Of a DNA stretch of 64,000 nt, positions 1-14,652 are shown in pieces. The stretch covers positions 280,488,001 to 280,552,000 of the forward strand of contig OZ024740.1 in NCBI GenBank assembly GCA_964016885.1. Reading direction: 5' to 3'. Both the position numbers and the translations under genes were made by a program. How positions within the stretch are numbered: position 1 is the stretch's first letter; each line of letters starts with the position of its first letter. The notes beneath the pieces were generated by a model. That model was not told the origin of the DNA. It worked only from the letters and a program-made list of their open reading frames with translations, and ran no database searches. Source of the DNA: Eledone cirrhosa (Eukaryota).

Positions 1-366
1 ACACTAATAGCACAAGTCTAAAAACAGCTCTCGGCAGTATTCCTTATAGATCAGGAGAAACAAACACAGCCGAGGCTTTACAACTGTTAAAGAAAGAAAT
101 AACGCCGAAACTGAAGATATATAAGACACCTTTCATGGCAATCGTCATTACAGACGGCAGGTCTCGTGACACCATAGCGACATCACGACAAGCTGCACAA
201 TTGCACAAGTTAGGAGTTCATGTTTATGCGATAGGTGTCGGATACAACTGTGATATCAACGAATTAAAATCAATAGTAAATGACCCGATTAAGAATGTCC
301 GTCTAGTGGACAGTTATTCCGCCTTACAAGGAATTGCCAAATCATTTGGTGTAAAAACATGTCAAG
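1..366 (+). CDS. Gene 1, VWA-domain exon (5' part outside the window)
   Basis: Open frame from position 3: TNSTSLKTALGSIPYRSGETNTAEAL...AIVITDGRSRD...LGVHVYAIGVG...FGVKTCQ. It ends at a phase-1 donor g|gtagg (366/367) and is paralogous to 30125-30688 and 55590-56153. Confidence 0.9.
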
Positions 367-867
367 GTAGGGACCACTTTACTTTACTTGATGTTTATTC
401 TAACAACCATAATGTTCGTATTTATAAACAAAACTAATATAAGAATCAATTTCTAAAAATTATTACGATAATCAAATTATCTTATGCTATGATAATCTGA
501 AGTACCAACGATGTATTTCTTGTTAACATTGACAGAGAAACAAAAAAGGATTTTAAACATATAATATCAATATATCCATGCATTACAATAAAGCATTTCA
601 TAATAAAACACAGAAAAGTTGAGTTGCCAAGTAAGTTATGAACTAACACTTGTATAAACCGAAAGAGGCGGAAACGGTTATTTAATTTCAGTAGCAGATG
701 GGGTGATGTTTCGATAAAGCAACATTGAGCCATTGTGAATGCAAAAAAAAAAGAAGAAAAGCGGGGTTAATTTGGTGCGAGAATGATATAGAAAGTTTCT
801 TTCGATATTTCATGTATTATATATAATTCAACAAATCTCATATTATACGTATGTATCGTATTTCCAT

Positions 868-2033
868 TTATCGTTTTCGGTACGCCCGGACGACTAACGC
901 ACGCTATATGCAAATTAGGCTGCTCAGGCGTTAATATGCATAAGGAAAGTATATACTTTCAAACGTCCAATCATCTGACAGGAAGGTATACGATGCTGAC
1001 GATAGCTAATAAGCTTGAAATTAGTATATCGTTCCTGTGTCAGTGTTGAACAAAAGGGCGACGATGGTTGCCGAGCACTGTACGGCGTAATTCGGGCTGT
1101 TTGTTTACAAACAAACCGAACATTATAATAACTGTTCGGTAAACCCATACGTACATATATATATGTGTGCATGTATGTATATATATACATACTACTGTAC
1201 GTCTGTACACATATATGTATGTACGTATACATACTTATATTTAGGTATCAGCCGTACTAAGAGTGAGAAATGAAATTTCGTTTCATTCTTTTCCAATTAT
1301 CGTTTTCGGTACGCCCGGCCGACTAACTCACTCGATATGCAAATTAGGCTGCTCAGCCGTTAATATACATAAGGAAAGTATATACTTTCAAACGTTCAAT
1401 CATCTGACAGGAAGGTATACGATGCTGACGATAGCTAATAAGCTTGAAATTAGTATATCGTTCCTGTGTCAGTGTTGAACAAAAGGGCGACGATGGTTGC
1501 CGAGCACTGTACGGCGTAATTCGGGCTGTTTGTTTACAAACAAACCGAACATTATAATAAATGTTCGGTAAACCCATACGTACATATATATATGTGTGCA
1601 TGTATGTATATATATACATACTACTGTACGTCTGTACACATATATGTATGTACGTATACATACTTATATTTAGGTATCAGCCGTACTAAGAGTGAGAAAT
1701 GAAATTTCGTTTCATTCTTTTCCAATTATCGTTTTCGGTACGCCCGGCCGACTAACTCACTCGATATGCAAATTAGGCTGCTCAGCCGTTAATATGCATA
1801 AGGAAAGTATATACTTTCAAACGTTCAATCATCTGACAGAAAGGTATACGATGCTGATGATAGCTAATAAGCTTGAAACTAGTACATCGTTCCTGTGTCA
1901 GTGTTGAACAAAAAAGCGACGATGGTTGCCGAGCACTGTACGGCGTAATTCGGGCTGTTTGTTTACAAACAAACCGAACATTATAATAACTGTTCGGTAA
2001 ACCCATACGTACATATATATATATGTGTGCATG

Positions 2034-2073
<40 letters not shown>

Positions 2074-2115
2074 CTACTGTACGTCTGTACACATATATGT
2101 ATGTACGTATACATA

Positions 2116-2118
<3 letters not shown>
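868..2118. repeat. Tandem repeat, 429-bp unit, about 2.9 near-identical copies, intronic in gene 1
   Basis: The same sequence recurs at a 429-bp offset (ORF starts 1263 and 1692; ORF ends 924, 1353, 1782). The third copy runs into (TA)n. Confidence 0.92.
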
Positions 2119-2170
<52 letters not shown>

Positions 2171-2174
<4 letters not shown>

Positions 2175-2285
2175 GTAGTTACACAACAGTTAGTTCACCA
2201 TAGCGAGAACAATTGTAACCACTTCTACCTAACTCGTCGCATGGACTGAGTGCTCTGCCACTACGGATATTACCTTCCAGTGTTC

Positions 2286-2290
<5 letters not shown>
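2171..2290. mobile_element. Short microsatellite-flanked element with an internal inversion, same family as 47160-47300
   Basis: 2171-2216 is the reverse complement of about 47192-47237, and 2221-2289 matches 47231-47300 in forward orientation. Flanked by (TA)n and (TC)n. Confidence 0.75.
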
Positions 2291-2366
<76 letters not shown>

Positions 2367-2505
2367 CAAAGCACATCCATCGTATTTGCTATTAATTAAA
2401 TGTGTGCACTCTGAACAGCTGATTGCAACTGCATTACTGCAATTCGGCAGATTCATTGAGTGAACTTGACGTTAGCTCAATACCAGCAATCTTCGTTACT
2501 TTAAC

Positions 2506-2540
<35 letters not shown>

Positions 2541-3264
2541 ATATATACATATATATCAGTAGTATCATCATCACCATCAGTTTACGTTCACCTTTCATGT
2601 TGACATTATTTGGATGAGTTGCCACGATCTGAGACTAGATAGGTCAGAGAAAATGCTCACATATTCCATATTTGGAATGGCTTTCCCGGCTAGATGCTCT
2701 TCCTAACAACATCCAACGTATAAGGGTACTGAGTGTGCTTCATCGTGAAACCACCACTAACATTTTACAGTGAGTATTGTGTGCATTTCAATGTTGCACC
2801 AGCATTAGCGTGGTTGTCACATGCTAGGCCAAACTGAAGAGTACTCTTTACCCCGATATCGCCTCTGTTTGATCGCCAACAACATTATAAAGCGTATTGG
2901 ATGCATACTATCATGGCCTCAACTATGTTCCGGGATGTAAGGGCGCTCTCCACTTCATGTTGTCCCCAATTTCTTATCGTATTCACTTTTAGTGTCGCAG
3001 TGTTTGTACTGGTGGGCGGGTATTTTGTAGTACGGCAAATCGCCACGTGTCTGACTGTTTACATCATAAACAGTATTATAGTATTGAAACATAATAGTTC
3101 ACAATGAAAATACTAAAATGTAGATTAATGGTAACCCCAGATTAAATTACTGAATATTTTTTTGATATTTCTAGAATATTGAGAATAAATATTTACCAGT
3201 AGGACTTTTCTTTCACGTGAGAATATATAAAATAGAATTAATAAATAAAGGATTTATTTTACAG

Positions 3265-3951
3265 ATATCACTACCACAAGTCCATCACCACCACCAACGA
3301 CAACAGTAACAACAAAAGCAACGACAACGACAAGAGCGCCGACAACGACAACAAGACCATCAACAACGACAACGACAACAAGACCATCAACAACGACAAC
3401 AAGAGCGCCTACAACGACAACAAGAGCACCGACAACGACAACAAGAGCAACGACAACAAGAGCACCGACCACGACAACAAGAGCACCGACCACGACAACA
3501 AGAGCACCGACGACAACAATAAAAACAAGCGCACCGACAACAACTTTCATACCCACAACAACAAACGAAGTAGCTACAACCACAGAGATTACAACTTCTA
3601 GTGAGATAGATATAAGCACTGCGTCTGAGACAACTATAGACTCTGAAACAACCACGGATGCATTTAAAACCACAAATCTTGAAGAAAATGCTGAGCATGA
3701 GACAATTACAACAACTGAGGCTGAAGTCACAACTGAATATGAAACAACAACAGAGATTGAAAGAACAACGGAAATAGATAGAACTACAACTCCTTTTTCT
3801 GAGAAAATAATCAGAGAAAATGAAGGTACAACGGATTCAAATAAAATAACTATCGTAAGAACAGATTCGTCAACGGCTCCTGTTTTACTATCTACACCAT
3901 TGTTGAAATCAGGTTCCGAAAATTCCGCTGAAATTCAAAAGGATGAATCCA
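3265..3951 (+). CDS. Gene 1, Thr-rich mucin-like linker exon (RAPTTTT repeats, then an acidic E/T-rich part)
   Basis: Acceptor ttttacag| at 3264/3265. Phase 1-1 exon of 687 nt, DITTTSPSPPPTTT...QKDES, donor a|gtgagt. The ends match the linker exons of genes 2 and 3. Confidence 0.85.
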
Positions 3952-4686
3952 GTGAGTAGTAAAAATTATACATTTTTATGTAGTCATTTGAAGTTGTTTG
4001 TCTATCTCATAAAGTGATGGAATATTCCAAATTAGAATTACATCTTTCATAAGTATCCATATTTAAAAACTTCAAATAGATGGAAATAAAGATTTAAAAT
4101 GTGCTTAGTTTTTTTCTAATTATAGATTAGACACAATGGTATATTCTAAATTCCTACAACGTGATTTTTATCATTTGATATTTAAAAGATGATTATTTAT
4201 TTTAAAACATGTATTATAGTAATGAAATACATGAAAGAATGTTCCGAATTATTTCTAGAAATATTTAATTTATATTGATATATCTCTTTTATTGATATAT
4301 CTCTATTTAAAATATATTCTGAAAAATATTATCTTAATGTATTTTTACAATAGAAATATTATTTCTAAATAAAACATAATATGTATTCTGTTTTTTTTCC
4401 CACTCGTATTTACATCTGTTGTATTTACAAATATGTCAAGATTCAGGAAAGAACTAACGCTTAATAAAATGACAATTAATATATTTCAAAATGAAGAAAG
4501 AATTGTATTATATATTTCTATCCTCCATATGGGAAATTTGTATAAATTATAATTAATACTTACTAAACATACTTGTTAGTTTACTGTGACATTTCAATGA
4601 AAAACCTGGAATAATTATTTAAATATTCACAATTTTGAAATGTAATTTCGTATTTCAATACTATTTATTTTTTGTTTCTTTTACAG

Positions 4687-5243
4687 GTTCAATTGTCTTC
4701 GGATATGACCTTTTAACGATGGGAGCATATCGAGCAAATATGATAACCCAATTTATTAATGCTATTATCACGTATGCTGGGTACGATAAATTTGCAGTTT
4801 TATCTTTTACCCATTGTCCAGAATCATTTAACGTACCAGTTACACCTATTAAATCATCAAAAATACATGGTTTTAGCCAAAATGTAAAAGTACCAGTGCC
4901 AGATTTATCTGACTTAATTCGAAAAATAAGAGAGAAATATCAACGCGAACCGAACAAAGTCGGCCGACAGGCAGCCGTTCTATTTTTAGACCCATCTGTA
5001 ACTGCAGTTACACCAGACGTTGTAGAAGAAACTAAAAAACTAAAGGATGTAGGCTTTACGGTGTTCATTGTGACTGTTGCCTGGAAAGAATGGCCAATGC
5101 CTGAAGTGATCACTAATATGAGTAGCGAACCACACAAAGGTCACATTTTGAAAGCACCTACATATAGCAGATTACTGTACAAGGCGAGATACATGCCTTT
5201 CCAATTCAAGAAACTACGTATCAAACACGGAAAACGGCTTTAG
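4687..5243 (+). CDS. Gene 1, terminal exon: degenerate VWA-like domain
   Basis: Polypyrimidine tract plus ttacag| acceptor. [22 protein letters not shown]...[11 protein letters not shown]...[16 protein letters not shown], stop at 5241-5243. Paralog of 27153-27715 and 59248-59810. Confidence 0.88.
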
Positions 5244-5306
5244 TTATATAACGAACAAGTGAATTCACTTTCAGATTATATATATATATATATAATCTGT
5301 AATCTG

Positions 5307-5409
<103 letters not shown>

Positions 5410-6693
5410 TATGTACGAACATATGTAGATGTACACGTACATATGTATCAGTAAATATATTTTTGTAACTTTATATGTACCCTTGTTTTTGTTGGTTGGA
5501 TTTTTATGACCTGAAAATATGTCTGCTTCCCACGAAGTAAACTCTATGAAGCTAACGAAGGAACTGCATAATAATAATAACAATAATAACAATAATAATA
5601 ATAATAATAATAAAAAATAATAAATAGGTGTTTTGGAAAGATAAAAAAACAGTGGGAAATACATAGCCCACCCCAGCCAGAACTTACAAATATATGCAAC
5701 ATATAGAAAACAGCACTATTAAGCGCTGAATTCCATAAAGTATTTTCAATGCAATAGAACATGACACAGCACATACTCAAGGCACACAGAGATGCGCTTG
5801 GTGATGCAGTGACTGCTTGCAATAAAAATATGATAAATGAATGGGCATATTGAGTAAAAGTTGGGGGAAGGGTAAAATCGATTAATACCAACACAGTTCG
5901 TAACTAGCATTTATTTTATTGACTCCTGAATAATGGAATGTAAATTTCCTATAGACGGCATTGGGAATCAGAATGTAAAAATTGCAATTATTCTGTTGGG
6001 CGCTCTACTTGGTTTTGAAGGGCAAACACACTAAAAGATAAGAGAACTGGAATAGTTTTGATTTCTTACGTGGCCACAGGGCGTCAACTTTGGGGGATGG
6101 GTATAGTACTTGACAGGTACTTTCTTTTTACAACTCCAGAATGATCCGAAGCACTGTAATGTAATGGTTCATAACTAAATAATTATATTATTAAAAATTG
6201 TTTCTACATTTGGCTTAAGACCAACAATTTTGGGTGAGGTGAAAGTCGATTAAATCGACCCAGTGCGTAACTGGTCCTTTATTTTATTGACCCCGTGGAA
6301 TTCGAAATCAGATCAGCCGTGATCATATTATTAATAATAGTATATGATATATGTAACCATCTGTGTATAGAGATATGATTGTACATACAATCATTCATTC
6401 AACAAGCATATATATTTATATGCCTACGAACATATCAAAGTAAATTTTCTGCGATTTTTTTAATATGTGAAATTTTGCTTATTTTGGCTCCCATAATTCA
6501 TGTTAATCAACATTTGAGAAAATAATAATTTTCTCCGTTTATCGAAACTGTTAAAAATATTTTGTTCGTTATCATTTATATTTTTCGAAACGATCTAATA
6601 TATTATATTTTTCTAAGAAAAGCATAAAAAATGAATTTGTGTTTATTCCATATCTGCTTATACACACAAGCATACATGTTCTATACACCTCCG

Positions 6694-6748
<55 letters not shown>

Positions 6749-6804
6749 CCACACACACCACATGTATACAGATAAACATGCACACTCACATCTATTCAAA
6801 CCCA

Positions 6805-7066
6805 GGGGGCTAATGAAGTCAGAGCATATCTCGGTTTCATTGGCGTTAAATGACTAAGATGAAAATTCTCCCTGCTGGATAGGACTATATTCCATCGTAA
6901 TGCTCACCCTCAGTTGTCTAGTAAATCATTCTAAGCTGAGGGAATTGGAGCAACGTGAAATTAAGTGTTTTGTTTAAGAATACAACGCTCCACTCGGTCC
7001 GGGAATTGAACCCACGGCATTACATTCGCAAGTCCAACACACTAACCCATAAGCTGCGCGTCGTCA
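6805..7066 (-). mobile_element. tRNA-derived SINE, family 2 (related copies about 12200-12298, 14810-14940, 18650-18875, 28510-28788, 63225-63355)
   Basis: The minus strand has a tRNA-like head with a B-box (ggttcaattccc) and the recurring core ggagcaacgtgaaat(a/t)aagtgt.ttg..caag.acacaacg. Confidence 0.65.
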
Positions 7067-8905
7067 CACGTACACACACACACATACACGTTCTCACTCG
7101 CTTTAAAATTATCATCATTCGTAAATATAATTAACATTTGTAACGTTTTGGTCTGTAACATTCCATTCATTACACAGTGACATGCATTTGTATTTCATTT
7201 TACATAAACTCAAAAGATAAACTAATATTTATAAAAGACAGAACAAATCACTGAGGTTAATTACTCAGAGACGCCACCCGCATGAAAAATCACAGTTACG
7301 TTACTGTTAGCATTTAATGAAGTTAGCATAACATATCTAACATGAAATACGTATGCTGTGAGAGGAAAGACAACATTAGCTAAACGACTAATATTGATTT
7401 AATCAAATCGCGAAATATGGGAGCCACTTTTGGTCTTGTTTCAGTCTTATTAGGCCCCTTTTACTGTATTAGCCCAAGTGCGGATGGGAGATTCACTAAT
7501 TAGAACACTACTCAGTTGTGACAAATTAGATAACAAAAACCAAACAAACCACTGAGGTTTAAATACACAGAGAAAAATATGAAAACACTTAAATAAAATC
7601 TTATTTTTCATCCGAATAACATCTAAGAAAAATTAAACGTGCTAATTTTTCATTCATATCCATGTACCATATTGTGTTGTTTCCCGTATTTCTCGAAATT
7701 ATTATAATAATATTAATCGTTGGACTAATGTTGTCTTTTTTTTTTTGTATTTAATGCTGACTACATTAAATGTACGAGCACTCAATATTTATAATGTCAG
7801 ATAATAATGACTTGAAATTTTTCTTGAATAAAATATTTAAGTATTTTTGACGTTTTCTTTCAAATGCTTTATTTTTAACTTATCACTTTATTATTATTGC
7901 TTTGAAACTTGAAATTTGAAAGGTAGTTTTTCCAATGCAGGTGACTATAATAATATGGATTTAATCAAATTATTACCAACAATAATTGAACAAATAGTTG
8001 AAAGTACCTCTGAAGACTGAAAAAATGGACACAGACGCCTGCGAGAAATGAAGCAACGCATTTCTCGGATGCTAGGCGAATGTGTTAAACAATAAGCTAA
8101 GGTGTGCCTGGTTAACCATTGCTGTCTTTTAGAAGATTTTAAGCCTGTTGCTAGAGGTGTAAACAAGCGGTTGACTTAAGAAGCATTGGGAACATTTTAA
8201 ATTTGAAATGTAGTCGTTCTAACTTTTCCAGGGGTACTTCACCAGATCTTTTCAACTATTTTTTTGTAGCAAATGACTATTATAGTCACCTGCATTAGGA
8301 AGATTCCATTCCAAATTCCAAATTTTCTTTATGCTTCTAAAGTCAACTGGTTGTTTACTACTGTCCTATTTTCACCCTCTCAATCCCTGTTCGACATTTA
8401 TTACTTCTTATTGATTCTTGTAGTCTTTTGCTTCCTTTAGTCTTTAGACTGGGGTACCACCTTAAAGGAATTTATTCAATCATATTGACCCCAGTACTTA
8501 TTATCTCAAGTCTGGTACTCATTTTATCAATTAGTTTTTGTCGACCCGCTAAGTCGATAAACAAAGAGCAAGCGGAAACTAAGACACGAACACACACACA
8601 AACACACATACACACAGGCCCTCACACACACATGACGGGTTTCTACATAGTTTACGTCTACCAAAAGGCTGTAACAGAGATACTTGTTCAAGTTGCTACG
8701 CAGTGTGACTGAAACCTAAACCACGTGGTTGTGAAACAAACTTATTAACTAAACAGCCATAACTATGCCTATCATTTATTACAACTTTGGAATTAGTAGA
8801 CAGACCTGCCAATCCCGAAAACCCAAACGGGGAGTACCATAAAAAAGTACCCCAAAACGGGGAGAAACGAGGCAAAATGGGGATATTTTACATAATTGTT
8901 TCTAT

Positions 8906-9035
8906 TTTATCCCAGTGTATTACTGGTACTTTATTTTATCGACCCCGTAAAGATGAAAGGCAAAGTTAACCTCGGCGGGTTTTGAACTCAGATCATAAAG
9001 GGCCGTAACTTTTTGCTGCAAAGTATGGCGTCCGG
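8906..9035 (-). mobile_element. tRNA-derived SINE family 1, partial
   Basis: Core tactggtactttattttatcgaccccgtaa.gatgaaaggcaaagttaacctcggcggg.tttgaactcag. Confidence 0.85.
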
Positions 9036-9960
9036 GGGGTACATAATGAAAGCTATACCCATTTTCCCAAGAGAAGACACCTCTCACCTACCCCAAAGGC
9101 TATTGCAAATCTCCCCGTCGTACAGAGAGATTTGACAGGTCTGAATGGAGTAAAAGAAAGCAACTGCAATCAATGTATATTGTCAGGTTTACACAGAGCT
9201 GAAGAAGAATGAATCAATAGTTTATATACCTACTTTAAGGATTCTTTGTAGCAAAAACATTCATTGTTGATGTTGTTTAGATTTAGGTCACGTCTGATGG
9301 AGCAGTGCTATGATTTCCGGTCATAACCATCCTTTCATTTTGTTTATCAAGAACTATATTATTCAACGTGTAATTTCTCTCTTAAGACGGCAGTGTTTGA
9401 TTTGAAGGGAATTTGGCTTATATTTCTATTAAGTCCAGTTACCACGGAGAAGTTCTACGCTGGCTCATTTAGATTCTCGTACGAAACATTTGAAGTAAGC
9501 AAAGTAAAACAAAAAAATCATAAGAAATGATTGTACATATTTAACCTTGCTAATCTATGGTCTGTAGTATGCATATGAATACATGACTTTCCTATCTTCT
9601 AATTAGTCGAAATCACTGGAAAAATAAAACATTTAAACATACATGAATTTCATTTAAACTAAATATTGGTCTTGTATACATATATTTATATATGATGTAT
9701 GTGTGCGTGCGCCCGTGCACGTGTATGTGTGTGCATTTGTGTGTATGCGTGTGTGCACTAACTAATTATCAGAGTACTACACATCAGTTTTTGAAAAATT
9801 GAAATGTAAGATATATCATTTTAAATAAACATACCATTTACCCTCACTGTCAAACGTAGACAAGGTCGTTACATCCCTGACTGGAAAGAGGGATCAGCAT
9901 AACTAGTTTCTTGTCTTGTCAGACCTTTATCAGTGAATGAGTAGCTATTTTCTGTCCACA

Positions 9961-10163
9961 TGCAAGGGTCGACTGAAAAGTTCATAGGCTGACCAAGATA
10001 CTCTCATAGAATGACCAAATGAGGTTTATTTTTCAACATAGTCCCCGGAAAGAAACAATGCAGTTATTAATAAGAAGATTTGAAATTAATGCCTGCAAGA
10101 TTTCACAGTTCTAGCATCACTTCTTTATTGTCAGCCTATGAACTTTTTCAGCCAAACCTCATA
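9961..10163. mobile_element. Tc1/mariner-type non-autonomous element (MITE)
   Basis: About 30-bp terminal inverted repeats caagggtcgactgaaaagttcataggctgac ... gtcagcctatgaactttttcagccaaacctca, followed by TA. Resembles mariner TIRs; no transposase ORF. Confidence 0.7.
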
Positions 10164-11386
10164 GCTTATTGTGGTTCATTGTGTATACAAATCGGGACAG
10201 AGTTAAACATGTCTGTTTAATTTGCATAACATTTCATGTATTGAGAACATGGATTAATGAATAAATTCGTAGTGCAATGCACAATGCAATGAAAAAATAA
10301 TCACAAAAGAACTCTAGCCCCTTTGTTTGCTTATGGCAACCAAGATAAATCGTATGTTCATGAAAAATATATACTTTACATTTCAAAGAATATAAATCAT
10401 ACAGTTTTGTGTAGTATAGATTAATTAATTAATTAATCTATGTTCTTATCGCATACCCTGTTGTGCGAATTAGACAAATCTGATTTTCTATACGCTATTA
10501 GTCTTTCTGTGGAAGACCAGAAAAATGTTAGATTCTTCTCTTTCTTCTTGCTACAGTGTACTCTGTTTAGCTTTCATAATGAGCCTAAAGTACATGTTTA
10601 TAAAAAATTCCTTACATCTCAAAATATATATAACCACAGCAGAACTTTTCGTATTTGATTAAATGCAATAACTTTTGGTTACGCCCAAAACTTTATCATA
10701 TTTTGAAGTGCGTTTTGGTTAATAAAGAATATTAATTGATTTCGTATGTAGTTCACACAGAAATTTAAAATAAGAAGTGTAAGAGAATTTTTTTGTACAT
10801 GAATCTATGTAATAGCTTCATTTCGTAACAATATTCTGGACGCAACTTTGCTGCCTCACACCCAACCATTTTCAATCACTTATTAAAATAAGTTCTACAA
10901 TTAAAATATACTAGATTCGAAAACAAATATGATATTAAAGAATGTTACATGTAGCGCCCCCTCCCATTTACATAGAGATTGGGATATATATTGCATAATG
11001 AGTTATGCTAGAATAACTGTAGAGTGTTGACTGTGTCTATTGGCTTGAAGCTAAAATCTTATCGTAATCGAATTCTTTCTTCACCGTTCGAGGTCGATAC
11101 CATTCATATCAGTAATGTACTACTTGCGTGTGAATCCCATTGACAGTAACATTTTGTTTAAAACAATTGTTTTACTTCGACGAAGGAAAGAAATATTTGT
11201 CAAATTGACATTTAGCATAACTAATGTATTTTTGTATATAACAAGGAAAACTTATATATACTCCAATTGTAAAATCATAATTTAATAAAATTAAATTAAT
11301 TGTTTAGTCAAGTGAAGTCATTCTTTTCCTTTTTTAAAATATACCTAACTGTACCAAGGATTTCACATATTTTTCAATATATATAT

Positions 11387-11600
11387 ATAGGAAAAAGTAT
11401 GACCCCGAAGGCAGAGCTCAAGCCGTTTCGACCGCTATTACTGGACTTTTAGTCTATTTAGTCCAGAAATAGCCGTCGAAACGGCTTGAGCTCTGCCGTC
11501 GGGGTCATACTTTTTCCTATTTCCCATTCTACTACCCTAAGTATTGAGTACTCTGGTGCGTTATGGTCCATCTGGTTCCTTACCACAATTCCTTTGTTAT
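11387..11600. mobile_element. (TA)n-flanked fold-back element, family A
   Basis: About 60-bp inverted arms (11387-11447 and 11460-11520), then a body matching the reverse complement of 12320-12400 and 42546-42630. Confidence 0.8.
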
Positions 11601-11633
11601 ATATATATATATATTATATATATATATATATAT

Positions 11634-11815
11634 GAGTCATATATATACGGCTGAGGTATTGCCGTTTCAACGGTTAGTTCCAGACTAGCTGTTAAAACGT
11701 CAATAGCTCAACCGTTGGTGTCCTGACTCATTCATATAACCATAATCTACTACTCTTAGTATCGATTAATCTGGTGAGTAATGGTCTAACCAGTTTCTTA
11801 CTGAATCTCTCTTGA
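11634..11815. mobile_element. Diverged family A fold-back copy
   Basis: cggctgaggtattgccgtttcaacggttag...ctagctgttaaaacgtcaatagctcaaccg, plus the body ctactactcttagtatcgattaatctggtgagtaatggtc. TA-flanked. Confidence 0.6.
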
Positions 11816-11847
11816 TTTATTTATATATATATATTATTTTTATTATT

Positions 11848-12029
11848 GCCGAGGTTGACTTTGCCTTTCAACCTTACGGAGTCAATAAAATAAAGTACCA
11901 GTAATGCACTGGGTAATTGCTGGCCTTGTGCCAAAAGTTATTATTATTATTATAATCCTTCCGGGGTCGATAGAATAAAGTACCAGTAATGCATTGGGTA
12001 ATTGCTGGCCTTGTGCCAAAAGTAGAAAC

Positions 12030-12032
<3 letters not shown>
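11848..12032 (+). mobile_element. Two tandem 5'-truncated SINE family 1 copies
   Basis: gccgaggttgactttgcctttca...ggccttgtgccaaaagt, then a second 3' half ending gtagaaacaattat. Confidence 0.85.
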
Positions 12033-12108
<76 letters not shown>

Positions 12109-12319
12109 AGGAACGATCGACTTTCGTCAAATCGGACCGAGGGAACAATGTTTCCGTTGGTCTTTCCAATTGCTAATACTATCTATCGGTCGCAACTCCA
12201 GGTAGAAGGAGCAACATGAAATAAAGTGTCTTGCTCAAGGACATAACGCATTGCCTGGTCCAGGAATCGAACTCACAACCTTGGGATTGCGAATCCAATA
12301 TATATATATATATATATAA

Positions 12320-12670
<351 letters not shown>

Positions 12671-12868
12671 TAAAAGGAAAAGAAAATGCTGACAAATATT
12701 GTTCCCAGTGAAAAGTAGTTTAATTAGGAATAAGTTAAAATCAGTAATAGTATTGGTTAGTATTCAGTTTTGGTTTTAAGTTTTACCGGTTTCACATTTC
12801 TAATTTGTCAGCATTTTCTTTTCCTTTTACCAATATATCATAACTCGTGTGTTACACCTCTATTCTTT

Positions 12869-12965
<97 letters not shown>

Positions 12966-13814
12966 GTATATATATATAAAGTCATGCGTAGTATGACATT
13001 TATAAATCTTTGACTTAATATGAAACTCAGAAACGCAACAATACTAGGAAACTAAGTAAAATAACATTTCAACCATTCTAACCCATCATAGTCAATTTAA
13101 ACCAACTCACGATAAAATATCATCTGAAATATAATATTTCTTACTATTTACAGCAGAGATGTGTTGTTTTCATACCATAAAAAAATAATATCCCCAACGT
13201 TTAATCAACACTCTTAATAAATGCAGTGACGATAGAATTAGTAGCAGCACTTTAACTGTTATTAACTGCATTTGGAGAAACAAGAGAAATTCATCACCAA
13301 AATGCAATTAAATATAAACAAAATGCTTATTACTTCTTTCAAAGATTGTTTCTAATTCCAAAGTAAAAAACAAACAAGAAATATTTCAGCTCTAATTTTG
13401 CAATTTCATCAAAATTTCAAAAGTGATTATAAATAAATGAATCATAATTAAATTATAGGTCAATAGATTAAATTATAACAAATTTAATTATATATGTAGA
13501 AAAGGGGAAATGAGCCTTCTACAAACAAGTTTAATTTAACGGTCGGTGTAATATGGGTCTGAAAAGAGTCCTTTCTTAATATTAATTATAACAGATGACA
13601 TCCGCATTACAAGCATGGGTATCAAAGGAGCACTCACCTCAAATGACCCTGAAAGTCGTATATATGATGATAAATATTTAAAACATTTTTGCGAATAATA
13701 ATATGCACTGGGTTACGTTGACACATAATAAATACTGACGTTCATACATATGTTCATATTTCGAAACAACACAATCTATGTTTGCATTGTATATATATAT
13801 ATATATATACATAT

Positions 13815-13877
<63 letters not shown>

Positions 13878-14652
13878 AACACACACACTCACACACGCAC
13901 ACACAAACACACACACAAACACACACACACACATACACGCACACACAAACACACACACACATACAAACACACATACAAACACACACCCACACACACCAAC
14001 ACACACACACACGCACACACATACAAACACACACTCACACACACACACTAACTCTTATTCTTCTATTCTTGTTATTTATTATTTTTACAATTTTCATAAG
14101 TCTGTTTCTCCCTAGAGCAATTTAACCCTTTAACTACCTACCGTCACGCTAGGCTGGTTTTTAGGCCAACGTCCAATAGTTTAATACCCTATTATCTCTG
14201 TGGCAGAGAATTCCTAGTTGTAATTGATGACAGGAATTTTCTAAGGAGGGAATTCCTGTCACCACTTAGCAACCCCACCTCCTCCACCACCACGCCTACC
14301 AGCACACAATGCTGACATTAATTGATAGTGCGACATTCGGGGGACAGTCTACCATCGCTATAACACCAAATTGGCAGGCTGTCCCCGAATCGAATCAGTC
14401 TTCTATTCTCTATTCTCTGTTTGGGTTCAACGTAATCCTGTTATATAATTCCGCAAATAACACCTGATGAAATCGCCTGATCTTACATCATGATCGGATG
14501 ATACTGCTTGACCATCTAAATATGTATAGTGCTTTTGCGGAATTAAAATTCTAAAGTAAATTTTCCATGACATCATCAGACAGCTTCTTTTATAATAAGG
14601 TTACGTTCCCAAGGCAATCCAAACAGAAATGACAAGGGAACGGACAAGGCGT

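Noticed and set aside
3254-3730. Val-rich and Cys/Arg-rich ORFs on the minus strand (also 29188-29481, 27322-27630, 59333-59653)
   Set aside because: Antisense shadows of real exons.
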